Assembly (NCBI GenBank): GCA_002104905.1
Contig: MCFE01000045.1
Location: 134,921 to 198,920, forward strand
Source: Basidiobolus meristosporus CBS 931.73
Taxonomy: Eukaryota > Fungi > Basidiobolomycota
Reading direction: 5' to 3'
Length of the DNA stretch: 64,000 nucleotides
The position numbers and the translations under genes are program-made. Shown here piece by piece: positions 38,456 to 50,918 of this stretch. How positions within the stretch are numbered: position 1 is the first letter of the stretch; each line of letters begins with the position of its first letter. The notes under the pieces were generated by a model. That model searched no databases. It was not told the origin of the DNA and worked only from the letters and a program-made list of their open reading frames with translations.

Positions 38456-41249
38456 ATGTCTGAGCAACCCATGCAGATCACGGAGGATCCTTCTCCCTCT
38501 ATACCTTCAAATAATATCCCTCCCACCGAGCTTCACTTGAATTTCTCCTCACAGGAAACGCAAACTATCGCTAGTGCGGAAAACTTGTTTACAAATATGT
38601 CCCAAGACGCCATAAACCAGGCTTTTCTCAATCAACAGCTGGCCTCTCAACAGGAGCTCAACAACCTCCTTGCTGGCTCGTCCATGCTATCTGAAGGCAT
38701 GATGCTGATTGATACACCCACCCTACCCTCACAAGAGATGCTGAGTCCTTCTAAAGTAAACCTTCACAATGCTAACCTAGAGAGCCTTGTTGTTTCGGGA
38801 GAGTCGACGCCCAGCGGTGGGCTGACCCCACAGGAGCAAGTGATGTCCTCCATGATGCAAATCCCCTCACACGGGGGTTTCCACACGGAGGTCCCCAATC
38901 TTGTGATGGCGAATAGCATGATATCTCCTACCGTACAGGAGCAGCAGTTCTTCGAAAACATGCTTACCGAGGCTAGCACGGGAACAATCGTATCGAACCC
39001 TCAAAATATGTTAGTAGGCGAGGGTATGCCTCTTGAACCACCCAGAAGCGTCCCCTCCATGGGCCCGATACACCCGACCTCGGGCACACAAATGTCAACC
39101 ATGTTCCCGGATAATGGTAACATGATGAGCTTCGATATGGGTCTTTCACAAGCGCCACCCAAGCAACACGCCTTACGTGCAAACCGGCCGGCCCACCTTC
39201 GTCATGGCTATAGCAAATCGGTTTCCATGTTCACCCCTCCAAACCAACCGAGACCCTCGACCAGCACTCAGTATGTTGCGAGTAATCTTCAACCGATGCC
39301 CAACTCGCAGATTGCACCCACCATGCCCTCCGAGCGGATTCCACCTTTGTTCCAGAAACAAATGGTTGAAAACAGCCAGATGCTTCATGCGATGCGTAAA
39401 AAAATGGGTCACCGGAGGCAGTATTCTGCACCGGAGCTGAAGTATTCGGGATTTCCTAGAAGCCCCGAGAAACAGCTGCTCCGGCAAACCACGGAGGGGC
39501 AAATGCTGAGACAGCGTGGGCTTATGCAAATGACGCCCATGAAACAAATGGCGCCCCATGAGTTACACGGGCTCAGCCCGGAGCAGATTGAGGCTTTGTC
39601 TTTACACTCTCATGGCGAGCCAGACCCGAAACCACTTAAAATACTAGAATACACGGCGGATGGCTACGGCATACTCCGACCTAATAGCACAAACATGGCG
39701 AATCCCATGCAGGATGTGAAATGTGAGGAGCCTGAACCTCTTCATAAGCAGAGTTCTGTGGATGACATTTCTGCTAGCGACAAGGTGAGTTCACTGGACA
39801 ACTTAACCCGGGAGGAGCTGATCAAGAGGCTCCGGAATGTGGAGAGCGAGCTGGCCAAAACCAAGAATTCGCCCACGAAATCCCCGAATTTGAAGGTGGA
39901 GACATCGGTCAGTCCTTTCGGAGAGACTGGATCTGAGCAGGGTGACGAAAGTAAGTCTAGGATCACAGATTGGTTCGCTTTGTGGTCCATTACTAACGAG
40001 GCCCATGTAGCTGGAACCGGGGATTCCGTCAGTCCAGTTGGCGCCCACTCCCAAACGCACCTACAAGCGACACCAGAGGATAAACTGGTCGATGATGACG
40101 ATGATGATGACGACGAGCCAGAAGACGATGAGGACTCGAAAGACGAGGAGAAGTCCGAAAAATCCCAGTCGTTCGATTGTCTCTGGGGTGACTGCTCAAG
40201 ATCATTCCCGGCACTTGATGTTTTGATCTCGCATATTGGCCAGGAGCATATCGGAAGCGGGAAGGTAAGCAGGAGTCGCAACTGACAGGCATCTATGGGT
40301 TGCAGTCTAAATTTGTCGCATCATTTCCTTAGGCTTCTTACAAATGTGAATGGCAAGGTTGCCCGCGGAATCAAAAGCCGTTCACCAAACGCCACAAGAT
40401 GTACAATCACTTGCGAACCCACACTGGGGAGAGACCGTTCCAATGCCCTGTTGCAGGTACTTTCATATTCGGACCATTGTTTCTCTTTGAGTGGCTATTG
40501 ATGAATCCTCCGTAGATTGTGGCAAACGATTCTCCAGACCCGACTCTCTGGCAACTCATGTTAAAACCCACTCCAACGTCAGACCATACATATGCCCCGT
40601 CCCAGGCTGTGGAAAAGCATACTACCATTCGCGCTCTCTACGCAAGCATATCAAAAGCCACGAGATGACACGCCCTCTCCAGATATTCTCCCAGAACATC
40701 CCTGGGGTGAGCCCACAAAATATGATCGACCTAAACAACCATCAGCTACTTGGGGCCAGCCAGCTAGGGATGACTCAAGGGATCAAGTATCACCATTACC
40801 AGCCGGACTCCTCGACATTCTCCACTCCAAAGCCTGGGGAAGAGATCCCCGCAATCAACAACGCACAGCCATCTGCTGCACCTAGTGGAGGACATGGGCC
40901 AGCCATGGCCAGCTCCAACCTGAACACAAATGTGCCCAACGACTTCCCCATATCACCAGTGGATGTTTCCAACCTTCAGGGGACAGCGGCGATGATCGAG
41001 CCGCCTGTCCTTCAGTCTCATCAATTTGCCGATGACGACGCAAGAAGACTAGAGCCGGCCATCATGGCTACTCCTGGCTCCCTTACGTCGGAAATGTTAG
41101 ACCAGCTGATTCAACAAGTAACTCCCCCGATACCTTCATCACACCCCACTACCCCGTCTGGTGAAGGGCTTGGAGCATCTCCTTTCATTCCTTCGACAGG
41201 ATTCTCCGCCCAAGCCATTCCTACCATACCGACCACACAAACTCAGTAA
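38456..41249 (+). CDS. C2H2 zinc-finger transcription factor, four fingers, GLI/ZIC/Zap1-like tryptophan-linked pair
   Basis: CLWGDC...HIGQEHIGSGK(intron)ASYKCEWQGC...HLRTHTGERPFQC(intron)CGKRFSRPDSLATHVKTH...CPVPGCGKAY; long Q/M/P-rich N-terminus. Confidence 0.88.
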
Positions 41250-41949
41250 GCTTCGTTGGCAGCAAGATCGGTTGAATTCAGCCATCATCGACCCCATGTA
41301 TATAACTCCAAACAAAAGCAAAAACCCTTTTTGTCCGCTCAAAATGTGTTTTAGACAATCGGAGCCATGGTGCGAATTCCAAGCCAGCCAGAACCTATCT
41401 TTGCTTCCACCCCAAAATATAGAGGATCGCCGTTCGCTTTCACCCCGGACGACCAGCGCGAAGTAGAACTCCCAGCCGCTTCCCGCTTCCGTCGATTTTC
41501 CCATGTACAAAATTGAAATCATCGTTGCTTCCAGCTAACCTTGATACGCTTGACATCTCTTAAAACTATACAATGCACTCTATCCCACCAATCGGTACCG
41601 CCTGGTTAATGTATTCACTACGTATTTATTTCCAAGTGCTACATACCCCCTCCCCTCAATCTTTTGCAAACCCACTAACCTTATAATAAAAAACCCGCCA
41701 GAACAACGCGGTGCAGTTGTTTCTATTCCTAGAAATCCCTTTACCGTATCACATGATCTCTCAAATGTTGCTCACCCGACCCTCTATCCCCCTATCCCCC
41801 TATCCCGTGCGAATGGAATAGGGAGCCAACCTCTGGTCGCCGGATAAACGATGAGGAAGGGGCAGGGGAAGCAACAATATTATAGCCAATCGCTCGGGTG
41901 AATCTTTTGGCCAGAAGTAGTCATGGTAGTGCTTTGAGAAGAGTGACTA

Positions 41950-43041
41950 TTATTGATTCATTTTGAGCCGCAACCAATGGAGAAAGGGGGGTTGACAAAT
42001 AAGGACGGTATCAAAGTGGTATAAGTACAAGTTGTTCTCCTTCGGCGCGGAAATGCCTGCTGATGGGATGTTCCATCTGTTTGGTGCTGATAGGTACGGT
42101 CTGTTGACGATCTTTGTTATATCGGGCGACCTTGAAATTGGTCGGAACATTGTCGATTTCCTAGATGATCGAGGGTGAGTGGGTGTTGCGTGGATCGGAG
42201 CATCGATGGCTGTAAGGGATATTACCTCACGAATCATCTCCACCGCTTTCGAAACACTCGCGCTGGGTGGAATGAAGATGGCGCCAAGTACCGTATGGGA
42301 ATTTTGGGATTCGAGGCTAATCAATAATTCCTTGACCTCAGAGTTGGCTAAACGAATTGAATTAGAGGTGGGGTCGAGTGGGAAAAGCGCTATCGTGGGG
42401 TGGGCGTTACTTGGTTCGGTCGATACGGGCTGGCTGGGAGGGACGGGGACGCTTCATTGCTCGGCTGAGGTTTGTCTTCTTTTGTAGAGAAGGCCTGCTC
42501 TAACTTCTCAAATGGGAGCTTTACTCTGGGCTCCACCACATCATCTGGAATCGACCATAGTTTTCCAAGATCCGGAGAAGTGATATAGTTGGGAACAAAG
42601 CTCGGCTCATTGGAAGTGGTCTCGGTTTCTGGCTGCTCTTTTACCTCCACTTGAAAAGTAAACACCCATTTAGTATCGAACTCAAGCCGGGTCAACATAA
42701 TCCATTTCCACTAACATCCAAATGCCTCGCGGACCGTATTGGTTGTGGCCAAATCAGCAGCAGTTTGGCCCTTGTTGTTTTTCAAGGTGGGATCGGCTTC
42801 GTTGGTGAGAAGCAACTTGACAATCGTTGCATGGCCACGGTGCGCAGCCCAGTGGAGGGGTGACCTATATGGCGCGGGCTTTGAGTATTTGCTCTCGTGG
42901 TCCAATTCGCGAATGGACTTACCAGCCGTTGATCTTATTGACCGAGTTGACGTTCACCCCATTACGAATGTAGAGATAGACGGCCTTGAAGTTACCAATA
43001 GCCGCCATCTCTCTAAGAGATTCCTCACGCTCGTCTAACAT
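41950..43041 (-). CDS. Ankyrin-repeat protein, ANKRD40-like, multi-exon
   Basis: MLDEREESLREMAAIGN...VNSVNKINGW(intron)SPLHWAAHRGHATIVKLLL...ADP. Confidence 0.78.
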
Positions 43042-43503
43042 GGCCCGAAAGAAGAAATAAAAATTTCGAAAGAAACGGGTGCCGGTTCGGTGGTTATAAT
43101 ATTCGTATCCATGTCTCGACAAATCATTTTCCTGGTTTAATAAGAGGAGATTTATGCAGGAAAAGAAGCAATGTGGTAATTGGTAAAGACCGGGCACCAA
43201 AGCAATTTTCATCTCGGCCATCCTTATGCATAAATGTGCTCGCCTATGATTAATTTCAATCCCATTGATTGTTGGCTTTGACCAAATAACCTAGATTTGT
43301 TTATGGTTTGGAAAATCGGAAAATCGGAAAAATGGAAACGGGAGCCGTGATGTTTGTTGTGAAAGTCACTAGGTTACGGTGCTGTGGTACAAAATGAAGT
43401 TGATAAATACGGGCTTGGTCAAAGAGCATACACCCAGTCTCCTCTTGTATCATATTTAATTCACCAAGGATACTTCTCTTGTAATAGTAGTGTATACTCT
43501 CAG

Positions 43504-44775
43504 ATGGTAAACTTAAATAGGAAAAGTGTCGTCAAAGTCGCCGCTCGGTTACGCCCTAACGAACTACCAGCGGGGTCGCAACTTCCATATGAAGTTGTAG
43601 AGCCCAACACAATCATACTGAAAGAGCAGAAGATCGCGAGAGGCGACTCCATTGAAAAAAAGCACTCGTTCACTTTCAACCAAGTGCTTCAAGAATCCGC
43701 AACACAAGAGCAAGTGTACGCCACAACCGTGAAGCCTATGGTAGACGCATGGATAAACCAGGGAAAACACGCAGCAGTGTTCGCTTACGGATTTACGGGT
43801 ACTGGAAAGAGTCATAGTTTATTTGGAACAGAGGAGCAGCCAGGTCTCGTTGTTTTGGCGGCTCAAGAGTTGTTGGATAGAGTAGATACCACTTCGGGGG
43901 TATCATTGCGGGTTTCGATGTATGAAATTGCCGGGGATAGTTGTTTCGACCTTCTAGCCGAAAAGAACAGACTGAAGGTCCGTACTGACGTCCACGGAAA
44001 CATTCATCTTCGCCAAGAAGGAGGCGGTTCTTTGTCCAGGCATGTTGTGACTTCCATGAGCCAATTTCTCTCATTGTGGACAAGTGCTATGAAGGCCCGT
44101 CGTGTTGGATCCTCGACAGTTCACGATGCCTCGTCCCGTTCGCATGGTATTGTAGATATGCAAGTAATCTCTGATGAGCTTGTCGAAGCAGAGAACCGAA
44201 TCTTGTTCAGTGAGAAGGAGCTGATTCGACTTAGCAATGAAAAAGACGATATTCTGAAGGCACGCATCAAGGAGGCATATGAAAAAGAAGGACCAGAAGC
44301 ACTGGCTCCTGGGACGGCATTGGCAGAAGAAATGACACAACTAGGTGTGCCATACGAAGAGGCATCCAGAGCTTTGGATGAGGAGCGCCAGGCCTATTTA
44401 ACACTACTCAGCGAGGCGCCTGCTGTTCAACAAGGCGGTTTTTCATTTATCGATATGGCAGGTAACGATTGGGAAAAAGCAACAGCAACACAGACGACCC
44501 TAGCCAGGGCCGAGCATGCTGCCATCAATTCCTCTCTTCTTGCAGTCAAAGAGTGTTTCCGTGCACTAGCCACTGTGCCTACACCTGCTCGCATTCCATT
44601 CCGCAATTCGCCATTAACCCAGGTTTTAAAGCGACATTTTGCCCCCGGATCATTACTTCTAATGTTGGCAACATTAACGCTTCCGGTGACTTCTGATACA
44701 GAGGCCAACCAAACATATGTAAGACAGAGTCTAAACACACTGTCGTATGCCAAATTAGTTCAGAATAAAAAGTGA
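43504..44775 (+). CDS. Atypical motor-domain-only kinesin, intronless
   Basis: VAARLRP, FTFNQV, P-loop GFTGTGKS, switch I SSRSH, divergent switch II DMAGND, INSSLLAVKECF, IPFRNSPLTQVL. Stop follows the motor domain directly. Confidence 0.88.
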   Translation: MVNLNRKSVVKVAARLRPNELPAGSQLPYEVVEPNTIILKEQKIARGDSIEKKHSFTFNQVLQESATQEQVYATTVKPMVDAWINQGKHAAVFAYGFTGTGKSHSLFGTEEQPGLVVLAAQELLDRVDTTSGVSLRVSMYEIAGDSCFDLLAEKNRLKVRTDVHGNIHLRQEGGGSLSRHVVTSMSQFLSLWTSAMKARRVGSSTVHDASSRSHGIVDMQVISDELVEAENRILFSEKELIRLSNEKDDILKARIKEAYEKEGPEALAPGTALAEEMTQLGVPYEEASRALDEERQAYLTLLSEAPAVQQGGFSFIDMAGNDWEKATATQTTLARAEHAAINSSLLAVKECFRALATVPTPARIPFRNSPLTQVLKRHFAPGSLLLMLATLTLPVTSDTEANQTYVRQSLNTLSYAKLVQNKK

Positions 44776-44881
44776 CAAGTGTGGCTCAGAGATGATGCTA
44801 CAGTACAAAAACCAACATGATTGTGGTTGACAAACTGTAAGGTTTATTGACACCGAGCAAACTTGCTAACAAATAGCCTTA

Positions 44882-47514
44882 TTAACTGATAGAGGGCTTC
44901 ATCAGCTCTCGCTTGCAGTGCTTGTAGAGCTCGGAGAAGCGAATATGTAATAAAATGGTACCAGCAAACAGGTACCACTTCCAGTCGATATTATATTGCT
45001 TGAAACCAACGGTATTAACTATACATTGGGTGAACATAAGATTCCTGCCAACTAAACCAAACATGAATGGGCTTACTTGGGAAAATCTACAGAAGAACAA
45101 GAACCATGGACCAAACAAGAGTTTTGGATCTGAAGGTTCTTTTGAGCCTGGTGGTAGACCATTCTGTGTTGCGCAGACTTCTATTATTGATGCCTTGCGC
45201 GTAAAACAGAAGAATCAGCGTTACCAGCACGGTGCTACGTGCACGATAAAGTCCTTTACAACCGTCGCTATACTCATTATTGCAATTCAGTGCTTGCACA
45301 CCGTCAGCCAACACTATAATGAACGAAGCAACGAAGATTGCTCCTAATTCCAACCCATAGACAAACGTATCTAATAGTGATTCAAAAGAAAATATGCTTT
45401 TCTTTGGCGATCTCGGGGGCTCGATCATTATAGTCTCGCTGGCCTCTTGAACCCCCCGCTCTGCCGCCGGAGGAGTGTCGACAAAAAACGTGAAAAGAAT
45501 CTGTATAGGACTCGGTGGGAATACTACCATGCATGAAGGCAGAATTTCTATTGCAGAATCAGTTCCAAATTGTAAATTAGTGCGTACAGTGCACTACTAA
45601 TCTTGAGTATCCTGTAATGCGTCGCTTCTCTAATGCGCTGATAGTGATCGCTAAGTTATCGTGTGTTAAATGATATCGCGATCCATTCTTTACATGCATG
45701 CCAACATCGGTCATGGTTGAAACATGCAAGTTCTTTTCATCTTTGACGCAAGATGTGAACTTTTCCAGGATGTCGCTAGAATTTTTGATATCTTGGCAAA
45801 GAGGTAAAATTGCCTCTGTTGCGCCTTTGGTGAACACAACCACGTTTTTGAATAATTGAGACGACATACTACCGACATCCTCTTGATTGTCGAGCCGAAT
45901 AGCTGCTCAAGTAGCTGTTGGGAATTTCCCTCCAAGTCGAGTCCGAATTTAAGAGCAAACATCTTCAGTGCAACCTCAGTGGAGCTTCCGCTAGCAGCTC
46001 ATTCACCAGATTGATCTTCACGAACAGTTGCCATATTGCAAAGAGCTGAGCGTTGAATAAATTTCTTAAGGTTGAACCCTAGTTGTTGATAGGAATCTGA
46101 TTTGCTCACAATAACATGGCTAATTTCTGGCGACGAGCCCAAGCGATAGACCTCCCCTTCTGGCTTCGAGGTTACTGAGTAGTAGCCTCATATGAATTTG
46201 ACCAAAACATTCGGGCTTCGGTTAGAGTGTCAGTCTTCTTAAGTGAGGATAGTGGTTTAATTGCAAGGGTTACACAAAGAAAATATACGTTATCTGAACA
46301 GATGTTGGTTACTCCACCTAGGGTCTCCAGTGAGTTTAGTTTTCGTACAATAGCTTTCTTCTCAATCATCTCCTTGCCACCAAGGACAAAAATTACAGTT
46401 AACATAGTGGTTATTCTAGCCGGTACAGCACATAAACCAGCAGTCATTGCGTACATCCGGACATCGTAGCTGATTGCCATTGAACATTAGTGCAACCCTA
46501 TTGACCCGTTAGAGAAATAAGTAACTTACGTAATATTGAATTTGTTAATTCCCATCACAATAATTGCAGCAATCACCGCGCTGAGTAGCAAAAACAAGGC
46601 CATAAGGTCCAAACTACAAAATCAACTTATTTAGCAATGGTTACTATTGAGGGATCCAGTATGCCCTACCTCTTCTGTAAGCGAGTTTGACCATGGTGCT
46701 AGCCTGTGTGATTGTTTTAGCAATCTTACCAACCTCAGTATTCATCCCAGTGGCTATTACTATGCCATTGGTCCGGCCTTTGCAGATGATGGTCGAGGAA
46801 TATGCTATATTGCAACTATCTCCTATTGGTAATATAGTTTCTTTACACGGAACACCTAGCCTTCGGGAGACTTGGTTAGCCCGCTCATCAAATCTCCCTC
46901 TTAATATAAGTCTTAACCAACCTTCTGCCAACGTTCTCGGATTCACCAGAAAGAAGTGCTTCATCCACCTCAAAGTTGGACCCATCAAATAATAGAATAT
47001 TAGCGGCAATTGCATCACCCTCTTGAATCAATAGAATGCCCCCTGGGACCAATTCCCGACCTATTATTATCAGTTCTTTGCCGTCTCGGATGACACTAGT
47101 TGTGGGTGAGGCCATACTATGGAGCACCTTCATTGTTTGCTCTACTTGATACATTTGATGAACTTCTAGAAACGAATTCAGAAGAGTAATCGCAAGGACT
47201 AGGGAGCCTAATATGCAATCTTTCTGTACAAAAGACAAAATCTACAAATGCAGTTAGAAGACATCACAGTCTGATTTGATATCAATTTTTTACACTGTTA
47301 CAGCGAGAAAGATATAGTTGATGGCATGTTTGAGTTGGTGTGATAGAAGGATATGCCACTTAGTATCACTAGCTCCGTCCAACTCATTGAGGCCGTATTG
47401 TTGCCATTTCTTGTGCATCTCTGAGCTACTTAACCCTGTCTCGATATCTGTATAGAGCATTTGAATCACCGTGTTGATATTTAGTGAATGACATATTTCT
47501 GTTTTCGATGTCAT
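44882..47514 (-). pseudogene. Decayed P-type IID (ENA-like Na+/K+) ATPase
   Basis: YGLNEL, ELVPGGILL, FEVDEALLSGES, IVRKLNSLETLGGVTNICSD, TIKRMSV, TKGATE. Has in-frame stops and frameshifts, DKTGT altered to (D)..KTDT, and no GDGVND hinge seen. Confidence 0.85.
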
Positions 47515-48407
47515 TTAGCTGATTAGTTTATATACAAAGGCATACTCCACGATGACCACACCAGCTTCCCAATTTCAACTAAACAAACTTCCAGTGGCTC
47601 TCAGTACTTATCATATTGTGTAACCCAATGCCTATTCAAATCCGAAAAAAGGTCGAGCCCTGCCAAACTAGGTTACCAAACAGCAAACCTTAAACGGTCA
47701 TTGGAAAATCAAGTTTATAGTGTCCATTGAAGCCATTGCAATACTGCTTTGACTTTCATAATTTGATCTTGCCCTACACCCAGATACTTCATATGCGGCA
47801 TATTTTACAGGCTTTCAGATGCTAAATACATCATCCAGTTGTTACTGACATCACCTATTCTTAATAATAATTTACGTCACTATTCCGGGTATTTACTACC
47901 ATGATAAGGAAGCATCGCACCACGTCAAAAAAAGGTTTTACGTTTCTTTTGGCACAATATACAATAAACACAGACTTCTTACTATGAAATACCAATCTTC
48001 TCCTTGTTTACTGTGATAGGGACGGATTTGGAAGCAAGGAATTTAGGAGATATTGAGACGTTCAACCAAGCGAAAGGATTAATATATGATAAAGTTGATG
48101 AGAGGGTTGTGTTTGGGGGATCTTGTTACGTGCTTAAGGAGTACGCAAATAGATAACGTGTATGTTATCTCGTAGATTCGACGGGGTAGTGTGTGAATAT
48201 CTATCAAAAGGTTAGGATCGTGACTTGTAGAAACACATTCAATCATTTCTACTGCTCTTCCTACTTCTAACCAAACTTCTACTTTATTTGATTGCCTGAT
48301 TGGTATTTATACCTTGTCTCTTACTTTTCCCGGGCTACTAAGTCGTCTTTGTATACGTTGATGTCATTTAACATCGAGCTATTGCGTACTCCAGAATAAT
48401 TTGTGAA

Positions 48408-48489
48408 GGTGAGATGGCCGAGTGGTCTAAGGCGCTGCGTTCAGGTCGCAGTCTCTTCGGAGGCGTGGGTTCGAACCCCACTCTCATCA
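48408..48489 (+). tRNA. tRNA-Leu (anticodon CAG), intronless
   Basis: Acceptor stem GGTGAGA/TCTCATC, D-arm TGGCCGAGTGGTCTAAGG, anticodon arm GCTGCG-TTCAGGT-CGCAGT, long variable arm, T-loop GGTTCGAACCC, T-rich run downstream. Confidence 0.96.
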
Positions 48490-49785
48490 ATTTATTTTAC
48501 TGCCTCATCCATAGGTTCCCTTTCTGGTTGATTAGTACCATTGCGATACCCCCAATATGATTTTTACAACCTGAAGAAATATGGAGACTTTCGTACCTTG
48601 TATGAGTAATTTAACATTGAGTACTATCCAAGATTAAGTATTTGAAGGTTGAAGAACTAACATTGTGCTTCTCTGAACCAAAATAATCCTAGTCAGATTA
48701 TAATGAACTACTGGTCAAATTGTACAATGTGAATAATCTAGACTTTGTAGTGTTTTTCGCAACAAATTTCCATTTGAATCAATCCATGATTTAATATCAA
48801 AATAGAGGGCGCATGTCCTCAATAGGATTTCTTAACATCCTAAAGCTCAGACCACTCGGGTTTAGTTGATCACTCAGAATTTAGAGAATACGTGTTTAAT
48901 ATGGACTAATCAAAATAGGGTTACTAATCACATGGAACCACTTGCAGTTGTTTAAATTAGATAATGTATTCTCAAGTCAGCAGACGATACAGACCCGGGT
49001 TGCAATCCGAGTGTACCTGGGTTCTTTTAATCATTAGTAAGTAATGAGTCCCGTTTGCATCATAAAGAAAACTATATGTTATTTATAAAATAACAGGTAA
49101 AAGTTTCCTACTGAGAATTGATCTTCCCCTAATTAATCCTCATCATTATAAATCCAGATCAGGAATCCGGTATATTATGGGATTGCTTGGACTCACAGAT
49201 ATCTTTTCGTCAATTTGATAAATATCAAGTCCAATTTGGAAGTTCACATATATTTAGATTCAGGATACTACGCATCAATTCTCGTGGTTTGAACCTCATC
49301 ATTGCAGTGCTTAATGGGTGTTCCAAAGAGAGAGAGATTGTTCCGAATTGTTTTAATCTTTTTCGTTTGAAAGATTCAGTATTGATTTAAATATCGCAAG
49401 GTTGAAAATAATCATGTTGAGGTTATTCTCCTTAACTACACCAATCGTCAAAACTGACCCTGAGTCATTGACCAACCAAGCTTGGAATATCTAGGGTTTG
49501 CTTATTTCTAATCTAATGTAATGAATTTCTGCTTGCCGGATCATCTATGTTAGGTTCAAATCAGAGCTAGCTTGATAAGCGCCAGTTAATGCAACAATGG
49601 TACGAGTGCTATAGAAACGGAACGCGCCATTGTAGTAATGATCCATTTACAATGGAGTTGTGTGATTATTCTTATCATCCATCCACTGGGCGATGAATTA
49701 ATTAATAGCCGGAGTTGGAAAAAATAATACCAGTGCTGAGATGAAATTTATTGGGCAACCAGTGTAGGCATACGTGATAAATCAG

Positions 49786-50691
49786 TTATAATCGTTTGGC
49801 AATAACGATGGAATTCACCACTTCATTATATGGATGAACGACAAGGACAGGCTCGAAACCTGTCAACATCTCTGTTTCAATTTCCGGGTACAATAGGGTC
49901 CTGAGGCTGTGAGCACTTCGAAGAACCAAGTAAGAGCCGGGTCTCATGGCTCTCCATAGCTGTTTGGTGATTTCTTGTTTTTCGGCTTGAGCAAGTCCTA
50001 CCAGTGCAGCCAGATATACAATATCATGACACTTCAGGTCTTGTATCTTACCAACATCCTGATGATGAAAGATCAGGTTGCTTTGGACATCTGGCAATTG
50101 TTCTACAAGCGCCGCACTTACGGTCAGCGCCTCCAAATCAATATCATAGTTATCAATGACGAAGGAAGTCACCTCCGAGCTTCCAATCTGGGTCAATAGT
50201 TCTCTTGCCAAACAAATCGAAGTTAACGGAAGTGGTCCCGAGCCCAAAAACGCAATCTTTTCGGGAGATTGATGTAAAACGGAACGGATGGCATTGAGTT
50301 CCATCTTCGCCAGGGAAACATAATTTTGATAATACGGAAAACGCAGTAGCTCCAACGCGGCTTCTTCGGGCTTCTTGACAATGTGGGCAGCCCATGTTGC
50401 CTCCAACCGGAACTCACCGATGGCACAGAGCTGTCGAAAGTGCTCAGTAATCGCTATGATCTGCCTATCACGGAGAATGGCCTCCAGATCATAGCGCGGT
50501 AGTGTTTTTATGCAAATACTAACCAGCTCACTGAAGGCGGCGTTAATTTCGGGGCAAGGATCCAAAGCGGATGCTTTGGCCAATGTTTGATATATGCTGT
50601 AAATCCGATTCCTGGTTTCCTTTGCTCTTACGAATCCGTTTTGTGCACAAAAATCTGAGGGCTCAGTAGGAACAATGGAGTGGCTTAGCAT
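49786..50691 (-). CDS. NAS: Nicotianamine synthase, 301 aa, intronless, core domain only
   Basis: LDPCPEINAAFSELVSIC, FPYYQNYVSLAKME, IAFLGSGPLPLTSICL, NYDID, DIVYLAALVG, LVLRSAHSLRTLLYP, VVHPYNEVVNSIVIA: the NAS family motif series in order. Confidence 0.95.
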   Translation of the reverse strand: MLSHSIVPTEPSDFCAQNGFVRAKETRNRIYSIYQTLAKASALDPCPEINAAFSELVSICIKTLPRYDLEAILRDRQIIAITEHFRQLCAIGEFRLEATWAAHIVKKPEEAALELLRFPYYQNYVSLAKMELNAIRSVLHQSPEKIAFLGSGPLPLTSICLARELLTQIGSSEVTSFVIDNYDIDLEALTVSAALVEQLPDVQSNLIFHHQDVGKIQDLKCHDIVYLAALVGLAQAEKQEITKQLWRAMRPGSYLVLRSAHSLRTLLYPEIETEMLTGFEPVLVVHPYNEVVNSIVIAKRL

Positions 50692-50918
50692 GTCGAGAGA
50701 AGATTGGATAGTATGTAATCTGTGGGCATATCGAGTAGAAGATAGCCTTTATATACTGCAAAAAATGTTATGGCAAAGCTCTGCTGCATCTTTGACAATC
50801 AAATGGGGTTATTCAACGTAGAAACCCCATTACTTCTCTTGCTGCACCATCTACCTCCCACCAATATGACTAATTCTTGTTATCCGAGTCTTGGCCAATA
50901 ATTTTGAACATGGTTTGA

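Noticed and set aside
43384-43503. Longer kinesin N-terminus from the ORF track
   Set aside because: Starts at GTG; the first ATG at 43504 sits right before the motor beta-1 strand.
48500-49700. Possible gene or element remnant between the tRNA and NAS
   Set aside because: AT-rich with only short ORFs and no recognisable motif.
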